From positions 43,812,276-43,876,275 of the forward strand of contig JASCQW010000119.1 of the NCBI GenBank assembly GCA_030264375.1: DNA of 64,000 nucleotides, given 5' to 3'. The notes under the pieces are model-generated. The model did no database searches. It had not been told where the DNA came from and saw only the letters and a program-made list of their open reading frames with translations. The stretch comes from Carcharhinus longimanus (lineage: Eukaryota). Below are positions 1 to 12,924 of this stretch, in pieces. The translations under genes were made by a program, and so were the position numbers. Positions within the stretch are counted from its first letter, which is position 1, and every line of letters starts with the position of its first letter.

Positions 1-776
1 AATCATCGGCAAACATACCAACTTCTGACCTTATGATGAAGGGAAGGTCATTGATGAAGCAGCTGAAGATTGTTGGGTTTAATATGTTACCCTGAGAGGC
101 TCCTGCAGCAATGTCTGAAGCTGAGATGACTGACCATCCATAGCCGCTTTCCTATGTACCAGATATGACGCCAACCAGCATAGAGTTTGCCCACTCTTTG
201 GTTCCAGTTTTGTTAGGGTTCCTTGATGCCATACTCGGTTGAATGTGGCCTTGATGTCAAAGGCTGTCACCCTCACCTTACCTCTGGAATCCAGCTCTTT
301 CATTCATGTTTGAATCAAGGCTGTAATGAGCTGAGTGACCCTGGCAAAACCCAAATTGGATATCACTGAGCAGGTTATTGCTGTGCAACTGCTGCTTGAT
401 AGTGCTGTTGATGACCCAATTCCATCACTTTACTGATGATTGAGAGTAGGCTGATTGGGCGTTAATTGGCTGCGTTGGATTTATCCTGCTTTCTGTGTGC
501 AGGGCATACCTGGGCAATTTTCCACATTGCTGGGTAGATGCCAATGTTGCAACTGTATTGGAAGATCTTGGCTAGGGGAGCAGCAAGTTCGGGAGCAGAA
601 GTCTTCAGTACTATTGCCGGAATGTTATCAAGGCCCATTGCCTTTGCAGTATGCAGTGCCTCCAACCATTTCTTGACATCATGTGGAGTGAATCGAATTA
701 GCTGGAGACTGGCATCTGAGATACTGGGACCACTGGAGGAGACTGAGATGGATCATCCACTTGACACTTCTGGCTG
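1..776 (-). mobile_element. CR1/L2-group LINE ORF2 reverse transcriptase fragment (frameshifted)
   Basis: Minus-strand ORFs give KAMGLDNIPAIVLK..APELAAPLAKIFQ..GIYPAMWKIAQVCP.H.K, then FDIKATFNRVWHQG, and end at ..EVGMFADD at the window edge. These are non-LTR RT motifs in the expected order. Confidence 0.92.
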
Positions 777-1498
777 AATCAGAACTTCAGAATCCAAAAA
801 CGCTTCGGACAAAATCTTAAATACATCCCCTCAAATAGGATAAAATTTCATATTTTTGTACTACTGGGTCCGACTATTTTTGACTACTTTTGCATTAATT
901 AACATCGATTGCTTTTTCTGAGTTGTTCCACGCATTCACTGAACTGAGAAGCTCTGACTTGGCACATAAATGACAACAAAATTAACATAATATTTTTGCT
1001 GTTTTGTTTCCGCATCAGTTTAATGGTCCCACTTTTATTTTTAGACAACTCATTTTGTGAACTCATGTTGATAAAACTGTGTTTCTCATCAATTTGGAAC
1101 CTCAGTGAGAAAGGAAAATGTCTATACCAGGAAACAAATGAAACCTGCAGCATTGCAAGGCTATGCTGCTTTGAGATCTGCCATTCCATGCTGTCAGGCA
1201 GAAAGGTTTTTGGCATTTTCAGAATTTCATGAAATGTATAGGGTAGTTGAAACCTCGGTGTCAGTTGTGCACAAGAGCAAAGGTCAGATGTACAACATTG
1301 GCCTTGAGCAGTACAATGGGGGCTCAGAAGGATGATTTTGCTTCAGTACTATCTTCAGCTTCTTAAAAGTTCAATTCATGTTTTATTTGTATTGGAAGAA
1401 ATGTTTCCCCAAAATCTATGGGACAATCCCAATACATCACAAGCAACATACTGGGAGCATTATTAAAATGAATAGGTGAGACACAATTTAAACAAGAT

Positions 1499-1624
1499 GG
1501 GGCGAACTTTCGCCTTCTGCCTGCCTTGGGAATCATAACGGACGAGGGGCTGACCATGGAAAGGTCCATTAACCTTGGGTGGGATTTTCTGGCTTTGGGT
1601 CTAGCACGGCCAGAAAGCCCCACC
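1499..1624. mobile_element. ~125-bp Harbinger-type MITE (degenerate)
   Basis: GC-rich island in AT-rich DNA, with ends GGGGCGAACTTTC / GAAAGCCCCACC. Size and internal motif (CCTTGGGTGGGATTTT) resemble the MITEs at 17509 and 44782. Confidence 0.5.
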
Positions 1625-3324
1625 TAATATGTTAACTTGGACACAAGCAGAGATCTTGCTACATAGGACAACATTATTGGCCCCCAGTAATGTTGGTACA
1701 GGCCAGACATTAATAGGTAAATCCTGATAGGTTACAAATTGCCTTTCCAATTGTTCTGGCTGGATTACAGGAATAAAGCAAGTCATCAAGTAAATTGAGG
1801 AGGGAGATTCTTTTCACTGGAAAAAGGCTTAAAGGTAATTTTCACCATGTCAATATTATTCCTTTTCTTTATAAAAGAACTAATATTAGTATTAGCAATA
1901 AAAATTAAAGCATTTTCAAATACTGGATAGAACGATGAATTTTTAACATTATTCATTAAGAACCTGGCTGATAAGCAAAAGAGTCTCTCAGAAAATGGCT
2001 TTAAGGTTGATGAGAGAAATTGATGTATGCAAGCAGTCTCAGCCCAGTCCCTACAACAAAGAAATTGCACATAATTCTTAGCCTCACTCACAAACATAGG
2101 GAATGTGAGAAATTAAACATTCACATTGATACAGTGACAATGCTGTGCTGAAGTTGGGATTAAGCCAAATTGCTGAAGCAGAGCAGATACAAGCTTTCCT
2201 TACATTTGGCTCAGTCTACCTAACATGAGCATGTTTAATACTACCATTCAGTGCCAAAAATGTAGAAAAAGTGTCTCATTTTACAGAACTAACATCTGTC
2301 ACCTTGATGACACTAAATATTACCCACCAAAAATATGAAGAATACTTGTCTGAGAGTGCATCTAAAATGATTTTGTGACTAGTATGGATGATTACAATTA
2401 AATTATCACTGATAATTTGCACCTTTAGTACATTAAACCCTTTTCAGAAATGCAGACAAATCATATTGCAGCATAGGGTAATTTTTTTTGGGTCCCATTT
2501 ATATTCAGCAGGAAGTGAAAAATTTCCTTCTTGAAATTCATGAATATTGAGAATCACAATTTCACACCGAGTTAGGTGTTCCAAAAAACAGTCAGCTCAC
2601 CAAAGAGATACATTTTCTACCTTGTTGAAAAATGGGTTGCCATCCAATAATAGAATAGCAGAAACAAGCAGTTTGTCAAGGTGCGATTTTGTAGAGTGCA
2701 ATTTCATTAGTGGGATAATGAAAAGCAGCTAATCACAATGCAGCTATGTTAACGATTCTTTTACCATTGTTAAAGCAATCCAGTTAACCATTCCAGATGA
2801 CAAAATGTCCACCTCTGAGGTGGTTTTTTGCTTTTCTGAAGTTCCGAAGATCAGTTTTCCCCATTCGTACTCTTGGCAAGAACATTAATGTGAAGCAACA
2901 GTACATATGGACATGAACAAAAATAATAGTTATTATAGATGTATGGGCAAATTATACACTTACATGCAGTAATGTTTGGAAGAAAGATTTGGAATGAAAA
3001 ACAGAACTATAAAAATCCTGCTTTCCAAGTGACGCTGATAAAGAAATTCTGCCTCCTGTCCTATTTGTACTGCTGCCAGGATATTTGCTGTCACGTCTTG
3101 TGCAACCTCAAACATCCACCGTAGCTCGTCTGCAACTGTCCACCATCCAGCTACACTGTGGTCAACTCCTGCCTTCCACTTTACCCTCTAGCAGTGATTG
3201 CTGCTGCTTTTCAGCTCTGATCAAATGGCTGAAATACTGAGATTTTATTTTCTCGATGTTGCTTTATAAGATTTTTTTTGGTTTACTCTTGCAATTTTAA
3301 ACATCTCTTGATTTGTTGTGTTGT

Positions 3325-3731
3325 CAATGGATAGCATTTTCACTACAAGATGCTGGCTATTGTTCCAAAAAGACATTCTGTCCATCCCACCACGAAACTG
3401 AACAACCCTGTGTATGAATTTCAATGCCGGTGCAATACCAGGTATGTAAGCCTATGTCTCAGCAGATTGGCAGATTGAATCAAACAGCATGTTCCTTCAA
3501 ATGTTTATTTTAGGCAGAGTACGAATTGTACTCAACCCCATGCTTGCAAAACTCAAAACAAAGGTTTACAACTGAGTAGCACCTGCTGGACAATCCTGAG
3601 AATGCCAATAACTACATTACTACCAATTTAAGATAATCAGTCAAGATCGGACTATGGTTCATTTTTGCTTGCTAAAAGTGACTTAAAGTTATTTATATAC
3701 TGGGACCCATGCATTGGAAGCAAAAGGAACT
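3325..3731 (+). mobile_element. Penelope-like element, GIY-YIG endonuclease relic
   Basis: Manual translation across frameshifts gives KDILS..NNPVYEFQCRCNTRYVS..RLAD*IKQHVP..HLLDNPENAN..KIISQ..KQKE. This matches the PLE GIY-YIG layout (VY.F.C.C...YVG.T..RL..RIKQH). Confidence 0.8.
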
Positions 3732-3732
3732 A

Positions 3733-4017
3733 TGATGGTGCAGTGGTGAGAACTGCTGCCTCACAGCACCAGGGACCTGAGTTCAATTCCTGGCTTGGGT
3801 CACTGTCTGTGTGGGGTCTGCACATTCTCCTGTGTCTGCGTGTGTTTCTCTGGGTGCTCCGGTTTCCTGCCACAGTCTGAAAGATGTGCTAGTTAGATGC
3901 ATTGGCCATGCTAAATTCTTCCTCATTGTACCCCAACAGGTGGCGATTAGGGATTTTCACAGTAACTTCATTGCAGTGTTAATGTAAGCCTACTTGTGAC
4001 AATAGTAAAAAAAACTT
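3733..4017 (+). mobile_element. V-SINE (HE1-related), alternative 3' tail (type B)
   Basis: tRNA-like head (CAGTGG..ACTGCTGCCTCACAGC, B-box GAGTTCAATTCC), V-domain (GGGTGCTCCGGTTTCCT.CCACAGTC), tail GGATTTTCACAGTAACTTCATTGCAGTGTTAATGTAAGCCTACTTGTGAC and an A-rich end. Confidence 0.9.
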
Positions 4018-4339
4018 TATGTTCAACATTTGTGCCTTTTTAAAAAATTATCTGAGAGCTTGGGGAGCCTATGGTCTGTGCATTTGGCTTGATATGTGCA
4101 AGATGAAAAACTTCAGCAACAAGTTTCTCTTCAACAATATTAAAGTTCTGTACTACCATGTGACTGATCAAATATTTTCCCCTACTGTTCTATTCCTTTT
4201 CCTAACAACATTTATTCTGAGCTCAATTCTCACCGCCTCAGTTTTTGTACAATCTGTTATTTTGCTCTTTGCCTTACTGATGTCTTCCTCAAACATTGGA
4301 TCTGAAATTCTTTGGAGTGGTAATTAGTGTTGGTTTGGC

Positions 4340-5400
4340 AATCTGTGCTCAGTTTCTTACCGGATTATTTTCCCAGCCTGTCCTGCCCAACTTTCTGACT
4401 CAGGCTGGTGAGATCCAAGCAGTGTAGTGCATCCCTGGGGCCTACTATCAAAGTACAGCTCGTTTGAAAGGAAAGCTGCCATAAAGCAGCAAAGTTTAAA
4501 GGTGCATGCAAATTTAAAGATCCTTTACTGACCAGTGGGAAAGTAAGTGGATACAGGGTCGGGGGGAATTAGAGGTTGGGGGGTGGGGCTGGGTGTTGGT
4601 GCTTGGGAGATTGCAGGTCAGGGGTTCCAAGATTGGGGGTGAAATTGGAGGTGGGGTTGAAGTCAGAGGTCAGGGTGTCAGAAATCAAAAGGGTTGGACG
4701 GGAGTTGGGGGTTGAACCTTGGGTGGTCCTGGCAGGCACGAGGGGTAAGGCATTGGGCCTCATGTTATGTCTAATAGGGCTTCAGGGAAATAGCAAGGAA
4801 TTAATGGAACTAAAGCGGTTGGTTAAGACCTTGGGTTGGGTCAATTCTTGGGTTGTATCTGACCTAGCAGACCTGGAGGGATGGGGGGGTGAGTGGTGGG
4901 GGAAGGGGGAATAGAGTGATGGGCCTTTGGCTGGATTGGGCCAAGCCTTGGGGNNNNNNNNNNNNNNNNNNNNNNNNNNNNNNNNNGGGCTGGGTCATTG
5001 TCAGGCTTGGGGTGAATGGGGAGGAAGGTTCCAGGCCTTGGATATTGAGGGGGTGGGGGAATGGGGTGGAGGGCGGAGGCAGTGTTCAGGGCTTGGGTAA
5101 AATTAGGCCTGTGGGGGGAGGTGTTGGACCACGAGTCAGATTGGCAGATAGCTCCTTGTGGTAATGCGAGGGGTGCGGTGGGGGGTAGTAGGCATTGGGT
5201 GATGTGGAGGGAGATCCTCAAGTTGGGTTGAATAGCGCCTGTTGGAAAGTGGGTTACAGGGGATGTTTTCACTTCCGGGAAATTGCCACGCAAACCTTAT
5301 AAAATTTCCCAGTGCATCTATGGCCTGCCTACTCCTCCCACCCCACCCCCAGTACAATGCTGGGAGCTCAGATTTTTTAAACCTTTTTACATTATGATTG
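4340..5400. repeat. G-run-rich GC-rich segment, probably the interior of a non-autonomous DNA transposon
   Basis: Abrupt shift to G-skewed sequence with many GGG(G) runs. No credible ORF. Contains a 33-N gap. Confidence 0.4.
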
Positions 5401-5659
5401 CTGATGCTTAGATGCTCCATAAAACTTAGATCTTTTATCTGTTTCATTTCTTTTTTTCTAGATTAAGCAATGATTTTTCTGTTGATGGGTAAGAAAGGAT
5501 TGAACACACTGTTAAAAATTCCAATCCTTTATCTTCTACTCTTCTTGCCAGTTTATTCTGAGGTTGTTGAAATCTTGTGTCATGTTTTTACTCATTTTAT
5601 ATATTTCTCCATATATTTCTTCCTCCTCTTCCCATCAACAATTAGGTGGTCTGTAGAGA

Positions 5660-6478
5660 GGTGTTCAATCCAACCTCTCTTCATAACTTAAACGTTCCAT
5701 CCCAGGCAGTAGCCTGGTGAATCTTCTCTGCAATCCTTCCAATGTAATCACAATCCTTCACAACGTGGTGACCAAAANNNNNNNNNNNNNNNNNNNNNNN
5801 NNNNNNNNNNNNNNNNNNNNNNNNNNNNNNNNNNNNNNNNNNNNNNNNNNNNNNNNNNNNNNNNNNNNNNNNNNNNNCTTCTCTGCAATCCTTCCACTGT
5901 AATCACACTCCGTCACAACGTGGTGACCAAAACTGTACACAGTACTCTAGTTGTGGCCTCACCAAACTTCTATACAACTCCAACAGGACTTCCTTTCTTT
6001 TGTCATTTATGTTTCGACTGATAAAGGCAAATGTCCCATATGCTTTTGTTTTAACCACCCTACCAACATACCCTTCTGCCTTCAGAGGTCTATGGACAAA
6101 CATGCCAAGGTCCCTTCGTCCCATAGAACCTCCCAGGGTCATGCCATTCATTGATTACTTCTTTGTCAAATTACTCCTCCCAAAATGTACCACCTCACAT
6201 TTTTCAGGTTTAAATTCCATCTTCTACTTATCTGCTTATTGACCATCCTGTCTATATCATCGTGTAGCCCAAGACATCAGCCTCATGTTAACCACCCAGC
6301 TAACCTTTGTGTCATCCACAAACTTACTAATCCTACCCCTCACATAGTCATCTATGTTGTATATACAAATGACAAATAATAGGGGACCCTATTGTATGCC
6401 ATTAGACACTTCCAATCACTAAAGCAGTCTTCTGTCATCACCCTCTGTCTCCAAGAACTGAGCCAATTTTGAATCAAT
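5660..6478 (-). mobile_element. CR1/HER1 LINE ORF2 C-terminal fragment
   Basis: ORF 5903-6151 contains RDLG.FVH..LK...KAYG..AFISR....K.KEVLLELYRSLVRPQLEYCVQFWSP, a CR1 signature. Confidence 0.92.
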
Positions 6479-6837
6479 TTAAAAAAGAATGTAAAATAAA
6501 GTTCAACATAGAAAGCAGAAAACTTTCACTTTTTTGAAAAGTTAAGTTAAAGATTCTAATCTTGATCTTCATTTCTTGGGACATAGCTAAGTGCTGCACA
6601 TTCATCAACAAATAGCATAATCATTTCAGCCTTTTGGATGAAGCATTAAATCAAAGCCCCCACTGATTCTTCAATGGATGTTAAATATCCTACAATTCTG
6701 TAAGATACCATTAAGGGATTGCAGCAAGTCATTACTAGAAAGGAAGTGTTTCATGCAATTCAGTTTTAGTTTCACTTTTACTTTGTGAGCACAGCACATA
6801 CACGCCACTCTGACGTCTTCAGATTTCCTTCCTCTGT

Positions 6838-6960
6838 ATAAATATTCTCATGTTCTCCCTGTTCCTGCGTGGGTTTCCTCCAGGTGCTCTGGTTTCCTCC
6901 CACAGTCCAAAGATGTGCAGGTTAGGTTGATTGGCCATGCTTAAAATTGCCCCTTAGTGT
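6838..6960 (+). mobile_element. V-SINE fragment truncated by an assembly gap
   Basis: CTGCGTGGGTTTCCTCCAGGTGCTCTGGTTTCCTCCCACAGTCCAAAGATGTGCAGGTTAGG..GGCCATGC matches the other copies in the window. Confidence 0.88.
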
Positions 6961-7060
6961 NNNNNNNNNNNNNNNNNNNNNNNNNNNNNNNNNNNNNNNN
7001 NNNNNNNNNNNNNNNNNNNNNNNNNNNNNNNNNNNNNNNNNNNNNNNNNNNNNNNNNNNN

Positions 7061-7445
7061 GGCTGTTTTGGTTAATTGACTGTCTCATTGTGTTCGCTGT
7101 TGGCCTCTTGGGGTTTGTGGAAGAACTCCCATAGCCTCATTCGCCGGATGAGTTCCTCTGCGTCCGCTGCGAGACAGATCGGGTCTATTTTGGTGGGGGG
7201 GCAGAAATTGAGCCCTCGGCTGAGAACTTTGATTTCATCTGGTTGAAGTGCGTAATCCGACAAGTTGACAATGGACTCCCCTGCAATGGTACTGTTTTCT
7301 ATTGTGGTACCAGGGGAGGCTTGGTTGCTGCTGGTGGTCATGCTGCATTTCTCAAGTTTCCTGTTCTTGGTGTGCACATAGATGGTATAATTCCTTTGTC
7401 TCATCTGCTTGACAGAATTCCGCAGCTGGGAAACCAGATGGCACT
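7061..7445 (-). mobile_element. Penelope-like element, N-terminal pre-RT region
   Basis: ORF 7072-7461 contains IVNLSDYALQPDEIKVLSRGLNFCP..RRMRLWEFF, the conserved PLE NLS..L...E..VL.KGL.F.P..R..RL..FF motif. Confidence 0.85.
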
Positions 7446-8351
7446 TGCTGCGGCCCCGCACCCCCCAACTCAGAGGGCCATGGCAGAGGGCTCAACCATC
7501 ATGGCAAGAACGCAGGTGGTCCTCCAGGACTGGTAGGACCAGGTGATACCAGAGCTTCCGAAGCTCACTGCCGAATCACTACCGTCCCACAGAATGACCC
7601 AGGGGCCCCACAGGAACCCCGAGGGAGGACGAAGAGTTCGAATCCGGACAGGGGCTTTCCACCCAAGGTGGCTATGGCTACATCTTCTGACTCCCCCCTT
7701 CCTGACACCAGACAGCAGGATGAAGAGGGCATCATGGATACGTTCCTGATACTTGGAAGCCGGCCAGGGCCCTCAAGCTCCAGGACCGCCAGGGGACGCT
7801 CACCAAGGGCATCACAGGCCACGAGACATTGTAGCCACCTCCACCTCCAAAGTACATCCTGGGGAGACACCAAGACATAGTGATCAGTCACATAAGGTTA
7901 AGCAGTTGTAGTGGCACTAAGATGGCACAAGTGAAGGACAACACAAGGTAGATAGAACATTTAAACACGTTAAAGTCTCACGTTCACATGTTCTTATATT
8001 ATCTCTTACTTTGAAAGCACTATTATTGCGGTAATAATAACCACACCTGTGACTAATTTCTCTCTAATTAGCTTCTAACAGGAATGTACTTACCCCCAGT
8101 GGTCACCGGAGAGACCCTTCATGATGATGTCAGTGCAGGAGACCCCTCCGCACACTGCTGGCTACAACAAGTGGCATGCATTGGCAGCAATTTACAGCAT
8201 CTGCCATGGCATCCCCAGAATCCTTGAGAGATACCCTCTACCCCCCCATCCCTCCTGTTCCAGGGCCCTGCATGGTGATTTAGTGCTCTCTTACCCACCA
8301 CCCAGACATGGGCCCAGATGCCAGTGTGCACACAGAGCTCAGGTCGGAATC

Positions 8352-8662
8352 AGACACGGTAGCACAGTGGTTAGCACTGCTGCTTCACAGCTCCAGGGAA
8401 CTTGGTTCGATTCCCGGCTCGGGTCACTGTCTGTGTGGAGTTTGCACCTTCTCCTCATGTCTACGTGGGTTTCCTCCAGGTGCTCTGGTTTCCTCCCACA
8501 GTCCAAAGATGTGCAGGTTAGGTTGATTGGCCATGCTAAATTACCCCTTAGTGTCAGGGGGGAGTAGTAGGGTAAATATATGGGATTGCATTGATAGGGC
8601 CTGGTTGTTAGTGCAGGCTTGATGGGCCGAATAGCCTTCTTCTGCACTGTAGGGATTCTATG
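8352..8662 (+). mobile_element. HE1 V-SINE, full length, CR1/HER1-derived tail
   Basis: A-box TAGCACAGTGG, B-box GGTTCGATTCC, V-domain, tail GATGGGCCGAATAGCCTTCTTCTGCACTGTAGGGATTCTATG. Confidence 0.93.
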
Positions 8663-8895
8663 TGTCAGGTCTTGATAAATGAACGCACAATGTGTTTATA
8701 CAATCCCTTATGACTGATTGATATTTTTTATATCATTGTAAAGACACAACACACAGCACTATTTGAAGAACAAGAGAGTTCTCCTGACACTCTGGCAAAG
8801 CTGTATCCTTCAGTCAAAGTCTGAAACAAGTTATCTGTCCGTTGTGATATTACTCCTTGCACATTAGGTGACCATGAAGGATACTTTATAAAGGT

Positions 8896-8926
8896 AATTT
8901 GTTTCTTCTTTTGTTTCTAGGTGAGT
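8896..8926 (+). promoter_or_regulatory. Candidate recursive splice site (3'ss immediately followed by 5'ss)
   Basis: TTTGTTTCTTCTTTTGTTTCTAG|GTGAGT: a ~20-nt pyrimidine tract, AG at 8919-8920, then a consensus GTGAGT at 8921-8926. Confidence 0.35.
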
Positions 8927-9799
8927 TACGTTTGACTGGAAAGAAGGCAGTCTGTTCTTTTGTAATTGGTCATGTTCTTCATTATCTCACATTGACTTTG
9001 ACGTTATGGACAGTGAAGTTGATCTGGAGCCACACTTCAGTGACAGGGAAGTCTCATGCAGATCACAAGCTAGCAGTTTTCCAGCCCCAAAATAATTCTG
9101 CTGAGCACCAACACTTGCAAGATCGTGTTTGTATCTTGTGATAAAAGTTGCGAATGCAAGCAAAACAAATGAGAAAAGATTTATTTTTACAATGTCTTGT
9201 GCCGTAACATTTGTGCTTCTCGAAAGTAAATGACGCATGAAATCCTTTCACATCACAAGCTAAACTGCTCTTCTTTCTATACTGAAAGACTGACAAATCA
9301 GCCTCTTGATACACATGCTACTAAAAGTCAGAAAGTTGCTTAGTCTGTTCATTGAAGTACATCACCCAGCAGTTATTCTGCCTCAATAAGTTATCAAACT
9401 TGTCCATTTAAATTTAGCTACTTTAACTGAATTAAATATTTTTTTAAAAAATAGGTGATACTACAAATCTTGCCAGTGGTGCCAATTTACAGAGCAATTC
9501 AAAATATTAAAATCTTTTCCATACTTAAAAGTTTATCACTATTGAAATATCACAGGCTTAGAACTCTATTTATTTTTAAGCCTACTAACATGCTTTCTGA
9601 TTGCTCAGTTATTTTCTGAAACGTTACTCCTTTAAAGCTGCAATGTAGTGGGCGATGAAGAATTCTTCTTTAATAATTAATAATCTGCAGTGATATTACC
9701 TGAGAATTTTTAAATGTACTGTTGCTTTAGCATCAATGTTCAATATCAGCTAGAGAATATAAATTGGAGGCATTTAAAGTTTATTTGTTAAAAAAAAAA

Positions 9800-10045
9800 C
9801 GGTTGACGAAGGACAAGCCGTTGATGTCGTCTATATGGATTTCAGTAAGGCGTTTGACAAGGTCCCTCATGNNNNNNNNNNNNNNNNNNNNNNNNNNNNN
9901 NNNNNNNNNNNNNNNNNNNNNNNNNNNNNNNNNNNNNNNNNNNNNNNNNNNNNNNNNNNNNNNNNNNNNNNGGGACGGCGGCGCGGGCTCGTTGGGCCGA
10001 AGGGCCTGTTTCCCGTGCTGTGTTGTTCTTTGTTCTTTGTTCTTT
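9800..10045 (+). mobile_element. CR1 LINE fragment (RT start and 3' UTR, gap between)
   Basis: VDEGQAVDVVYMDFSKAFDKVPH before the gap. After it, a CR1-type 3' end (GGGCCGAAGGGCCTGTTTCCCGTGCTG) with a (TTTGTTC)n tail. Confidence 0.9.
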
Positions 10046-10047
10046 GT

Positions 10048-10282
10048 AGTCTCACAAATAAGCTTATATTATGAAGTTACTGTGAAAAAATCTCCCAGTT
10101 ACCACACTCTGGCTAATGCACCTAATTAGCACATCTTTCAGAATGTGGGAGGAAGCCAGAGCACTGGAGGAAACCCTTGCAGATATGGGGAGGACATGCA
10201 GACATGACCCAAGTTGGGAATCGAACCCAGGTCCCTGGCTTTGTGAGGCAGCAGCGCTAACCACTGTGCCACCATGCCACCC
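10048..10282 (-). mobile_element. V-SINE type B, internally deleted
   Basis: Reverse complement of head (GGGAATCGAACCCAGGTCCCTGG..GTGAGGCAGCAGCGCTAACCACTGTGCCACC) and type-B tail (TGAAGTTACTGTGAAAA). Confidence 0.85.
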
Positions 10283-11146
10283 ATTCCTTTCACAATGCTA
10301 TCTGTGTGTCAGTTCTATAATTGGCATGCAGCAAGTTGTTTCGGACAGATTGAAGATGGAGTTGTGTCAGCATTGTTGTACATCACGTTGAGGTAAGTTT
10401 TCCCTCATAGTAAACGACGCACACGTGTGTTATTTCTTGGCCTGTAATCTCAATAGTTGAGGCTCCATGACACTGCAGCTTTTGCTTTTAATTCAGTCTT
10501 AATTATGAAGAATCTGGGAGCACAGATAAGAAGTAAAGTAAATCATAGCAGTCACTGCTGTCTTGTTTCTCTCTAATCTCTCCATTCTGAATAAATCGGG
10601 CTGCATCATATTTGACATTTCTTTGGATGTCATTACGACAATGGCATAAATTAACTTTCGCATAGCTCAAAACCGGTGGGAAATTTCCAGAACTTGGGGG
10701 AAGAATTGGCATTTCAAATGCTTTCATAAATGTAACAGTTTGAAAATATACATGATCGTGATGGGCAGAACAAATTTATAATTTAAATGTCTATGACTCA
10801 AGACAAAAACTGCTAAAATTAAAGTCAAGACAGAATGTTATCGAAGAGCCAATTACTTTTCCAGATGGATGTGTACGGCTACCAGTAAAATGTATTTATT
10901 GAAAGCTCAGTACACTGTTGTGAAGAAATCTTAGCTTCAGTAGATGGTAGTGTATTGTTAAATGGATACCAGAAGATGGAGTATGAAAATGAACACAATC
11001 CTTGTCCTAATAATTGGTCTATTTTCAGAAGCAACATTGCATGTGTTGGCATCCTACCTACCAAGATCCAGTCTCCCAGAGGTTAATTAAACTAATGACA
11101 AAGGGTGACAACCTCTGGTGGAGCACTCTAACTACAACAAAACATA

Positions 11147-11411
11147 ATTTATTTATTGGTGTCACAAGTAGGCTTATATTAACACTGTAGTGAAGTTACT
11201 GTGAAAATCCCCGGGTTGTCACACTTCAGCGCCTGTTTGGGTACACTGAGGGAGAATTTTAGTATGGCCATTGCACCTAACCAGCACATCTTTTGGATTA
11301 TGGGAGGAAATCCACACAGACATGGGGAGAATGTCACCCAAGGCTGGAACCAAACCTAGGCCCCTAGAGCTGTGAGGCAGCATGCTAAACATTATGTCAC
11401 CGTGCTGCCCC
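11147..11411 (-). mobile_element. V-SINE type B
   Basis: GTCACAAGTAGGCTTATATTAACACTGTAGTGAAGTTACTGTGAAAATCCCC..GGGTACACTGAGGGAGAATTT..GTGAGGCAGCA matches the reverse complement of the 3733 copy. Confidence 0.88.
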
Positions 11412-12449
11412 ATTAAAGGAAACTTAACTAAACCAAAATATCATTCTTGGAGGTGATGATGTATCCCAACTCCCCACCACCCTGCTGTGCCAACTGGTCA
11501 TGGATGGTCTAAAACATGCTGATGGACACTACACACTTCCTGTCCAAGACACCCAGTTGTTATCATTGACACAGTAGTGGGACAGACAGTTGGTGGGTTT
11601 CACCAACCCCATCAGACAGCTGGCAGGAATCTCAATGCTCGATCAATAGAGTGTTTGCCAAAATTCAGGATTCTCACTGGGCGTGAAGGCTGTCAGGATG
11701 CACCCAACCCATCCCCTCAGCCACGATTAAGTTCCCACCCATTATTCCAACCCACTAATTATAATACAATTAGAGGGTATGATGGCCCATTCACCAGCCC
11801 CCCAACATTCGCCCACCTCTTCAACAGGAAATGTACCCCCCTCAGCCCCTCCCAGACACACCACTCAAAGGGAATCATTAATTTAACTTNNNNNNNNNNN
11901 NNNNNNNNNNNNNNNNNNNNNNNNNNNNNNNNNNNNNNNNNNNNNNNNNNNNNNNNNNNNNNNNNNNNNNNNNNNNNNNNNNNNNNNNNATCATTAATTT
12001 AACTTCCTCTTTTGTAGACCACTTATTTCCTTTGAAGAAACCACAGCTGTTATTCAGGCTTAGAGTCTATGTAAACATTGTGGTTAGGAGCAATGAAGAT
12101 ACATGAGATGCATTCACGTGTGAAGGGAAATGTAAATAAACACAGCTGTCTGGGGATTGAGTAGAAATTCATTAAACTATCAATGAAAGCTCATTTTAAA
12201 GCTTTGCACTTTGAAATTGACAGAGAACAAAGGTTTGCAATACAATAGAGAATGTTTCAAAGATTTCAGTTTGCTAGGATGGCTCAAAGATTTTAAATCA
12301 AAGGCTCAGAGATTTTAAATCAAAAATGTGATTGCATTGGGTCTTTAATTCAGTGCATTACTGCTCCTGATATCTGGCCTAGTGAATTCAAGGGCTTATG
12401 CTGAGCTATTCACTAAGTACCAAGTGGGAATGCACAAATAAAGGTACAA

Positions 12450-12740
12450 ACGGTTGTGTAGTGGTAATGTCACTAGGCCAGTAATCCACAGGCTGTTTGG
12501 GGATATGGGTTCAAATCTTCCCATTGCAGCTGATGGAATTTAAATACAATAAGTAATTTAAAAGTTCTGGAATTTAAAATAAGTCATTTAAAAATCTCTT
12601 TCATGAAGGAAATCTGCCAACCTTACCTGATCTGATCTACAGGTGACCTCAGAAAACCATGCTTAACTTCCCTCTGATATGGTCAAGCAAACCACTTGAC
12701 TCAAGGTCAGTTAGACACTGATGCCCCTTCAAAGAATAAA
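12450..12740 (+). mobile_element. tRNA-derived SINE family C (tail shared with the CR1/L2-group LINE)
   Basis: Head GTAGTGGTAATGTCACTAG..TAATCCA..GGGTTCAAATC and body GAAGGAAATCTGCC..CTTACCTG.TCTG.TCTACA.GTGAC are homologous to the copy at 47320-47780. Confidence 0.7.
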
Positions 12741-12924
12741 ACATAATGGCTCATCACACAGTCAATTTATGCCTTTGCTCTGCTGAAATAAGTACTGAGA
12801 TGCATAGCTAAGGGTCGTTGTATCTCCCATCTCTACTTACATTGATAGTTTATGAAGACATGTGGATAAAATATAAGCTTTGATTTCCTTAGATTCCAAT
12901 TTCTTCTTCTTAACACCAATTTAA

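Noticed and set aside
4569-5293. Gly/Pro-rich ORFs of 64-150 aa
   Set aside because: By-product of G-skewed low-complexity sequence spanning an N gap, with no domain or splice evidence.
7450-8345. GC-rich block with several 68-148 aa ORFs next to the Penelope fragment
   Set aside because: No recognisable domain. It is probably the interior of a DNA transposon, but I cannot support a family call.
8352-8430. tRNA genes at SINE heads (also 24766, 31956, 47320, 61460)
   Set aside because: A/B boxes are present but run straight into SINE bodies, and no full cloverleaf is evident.
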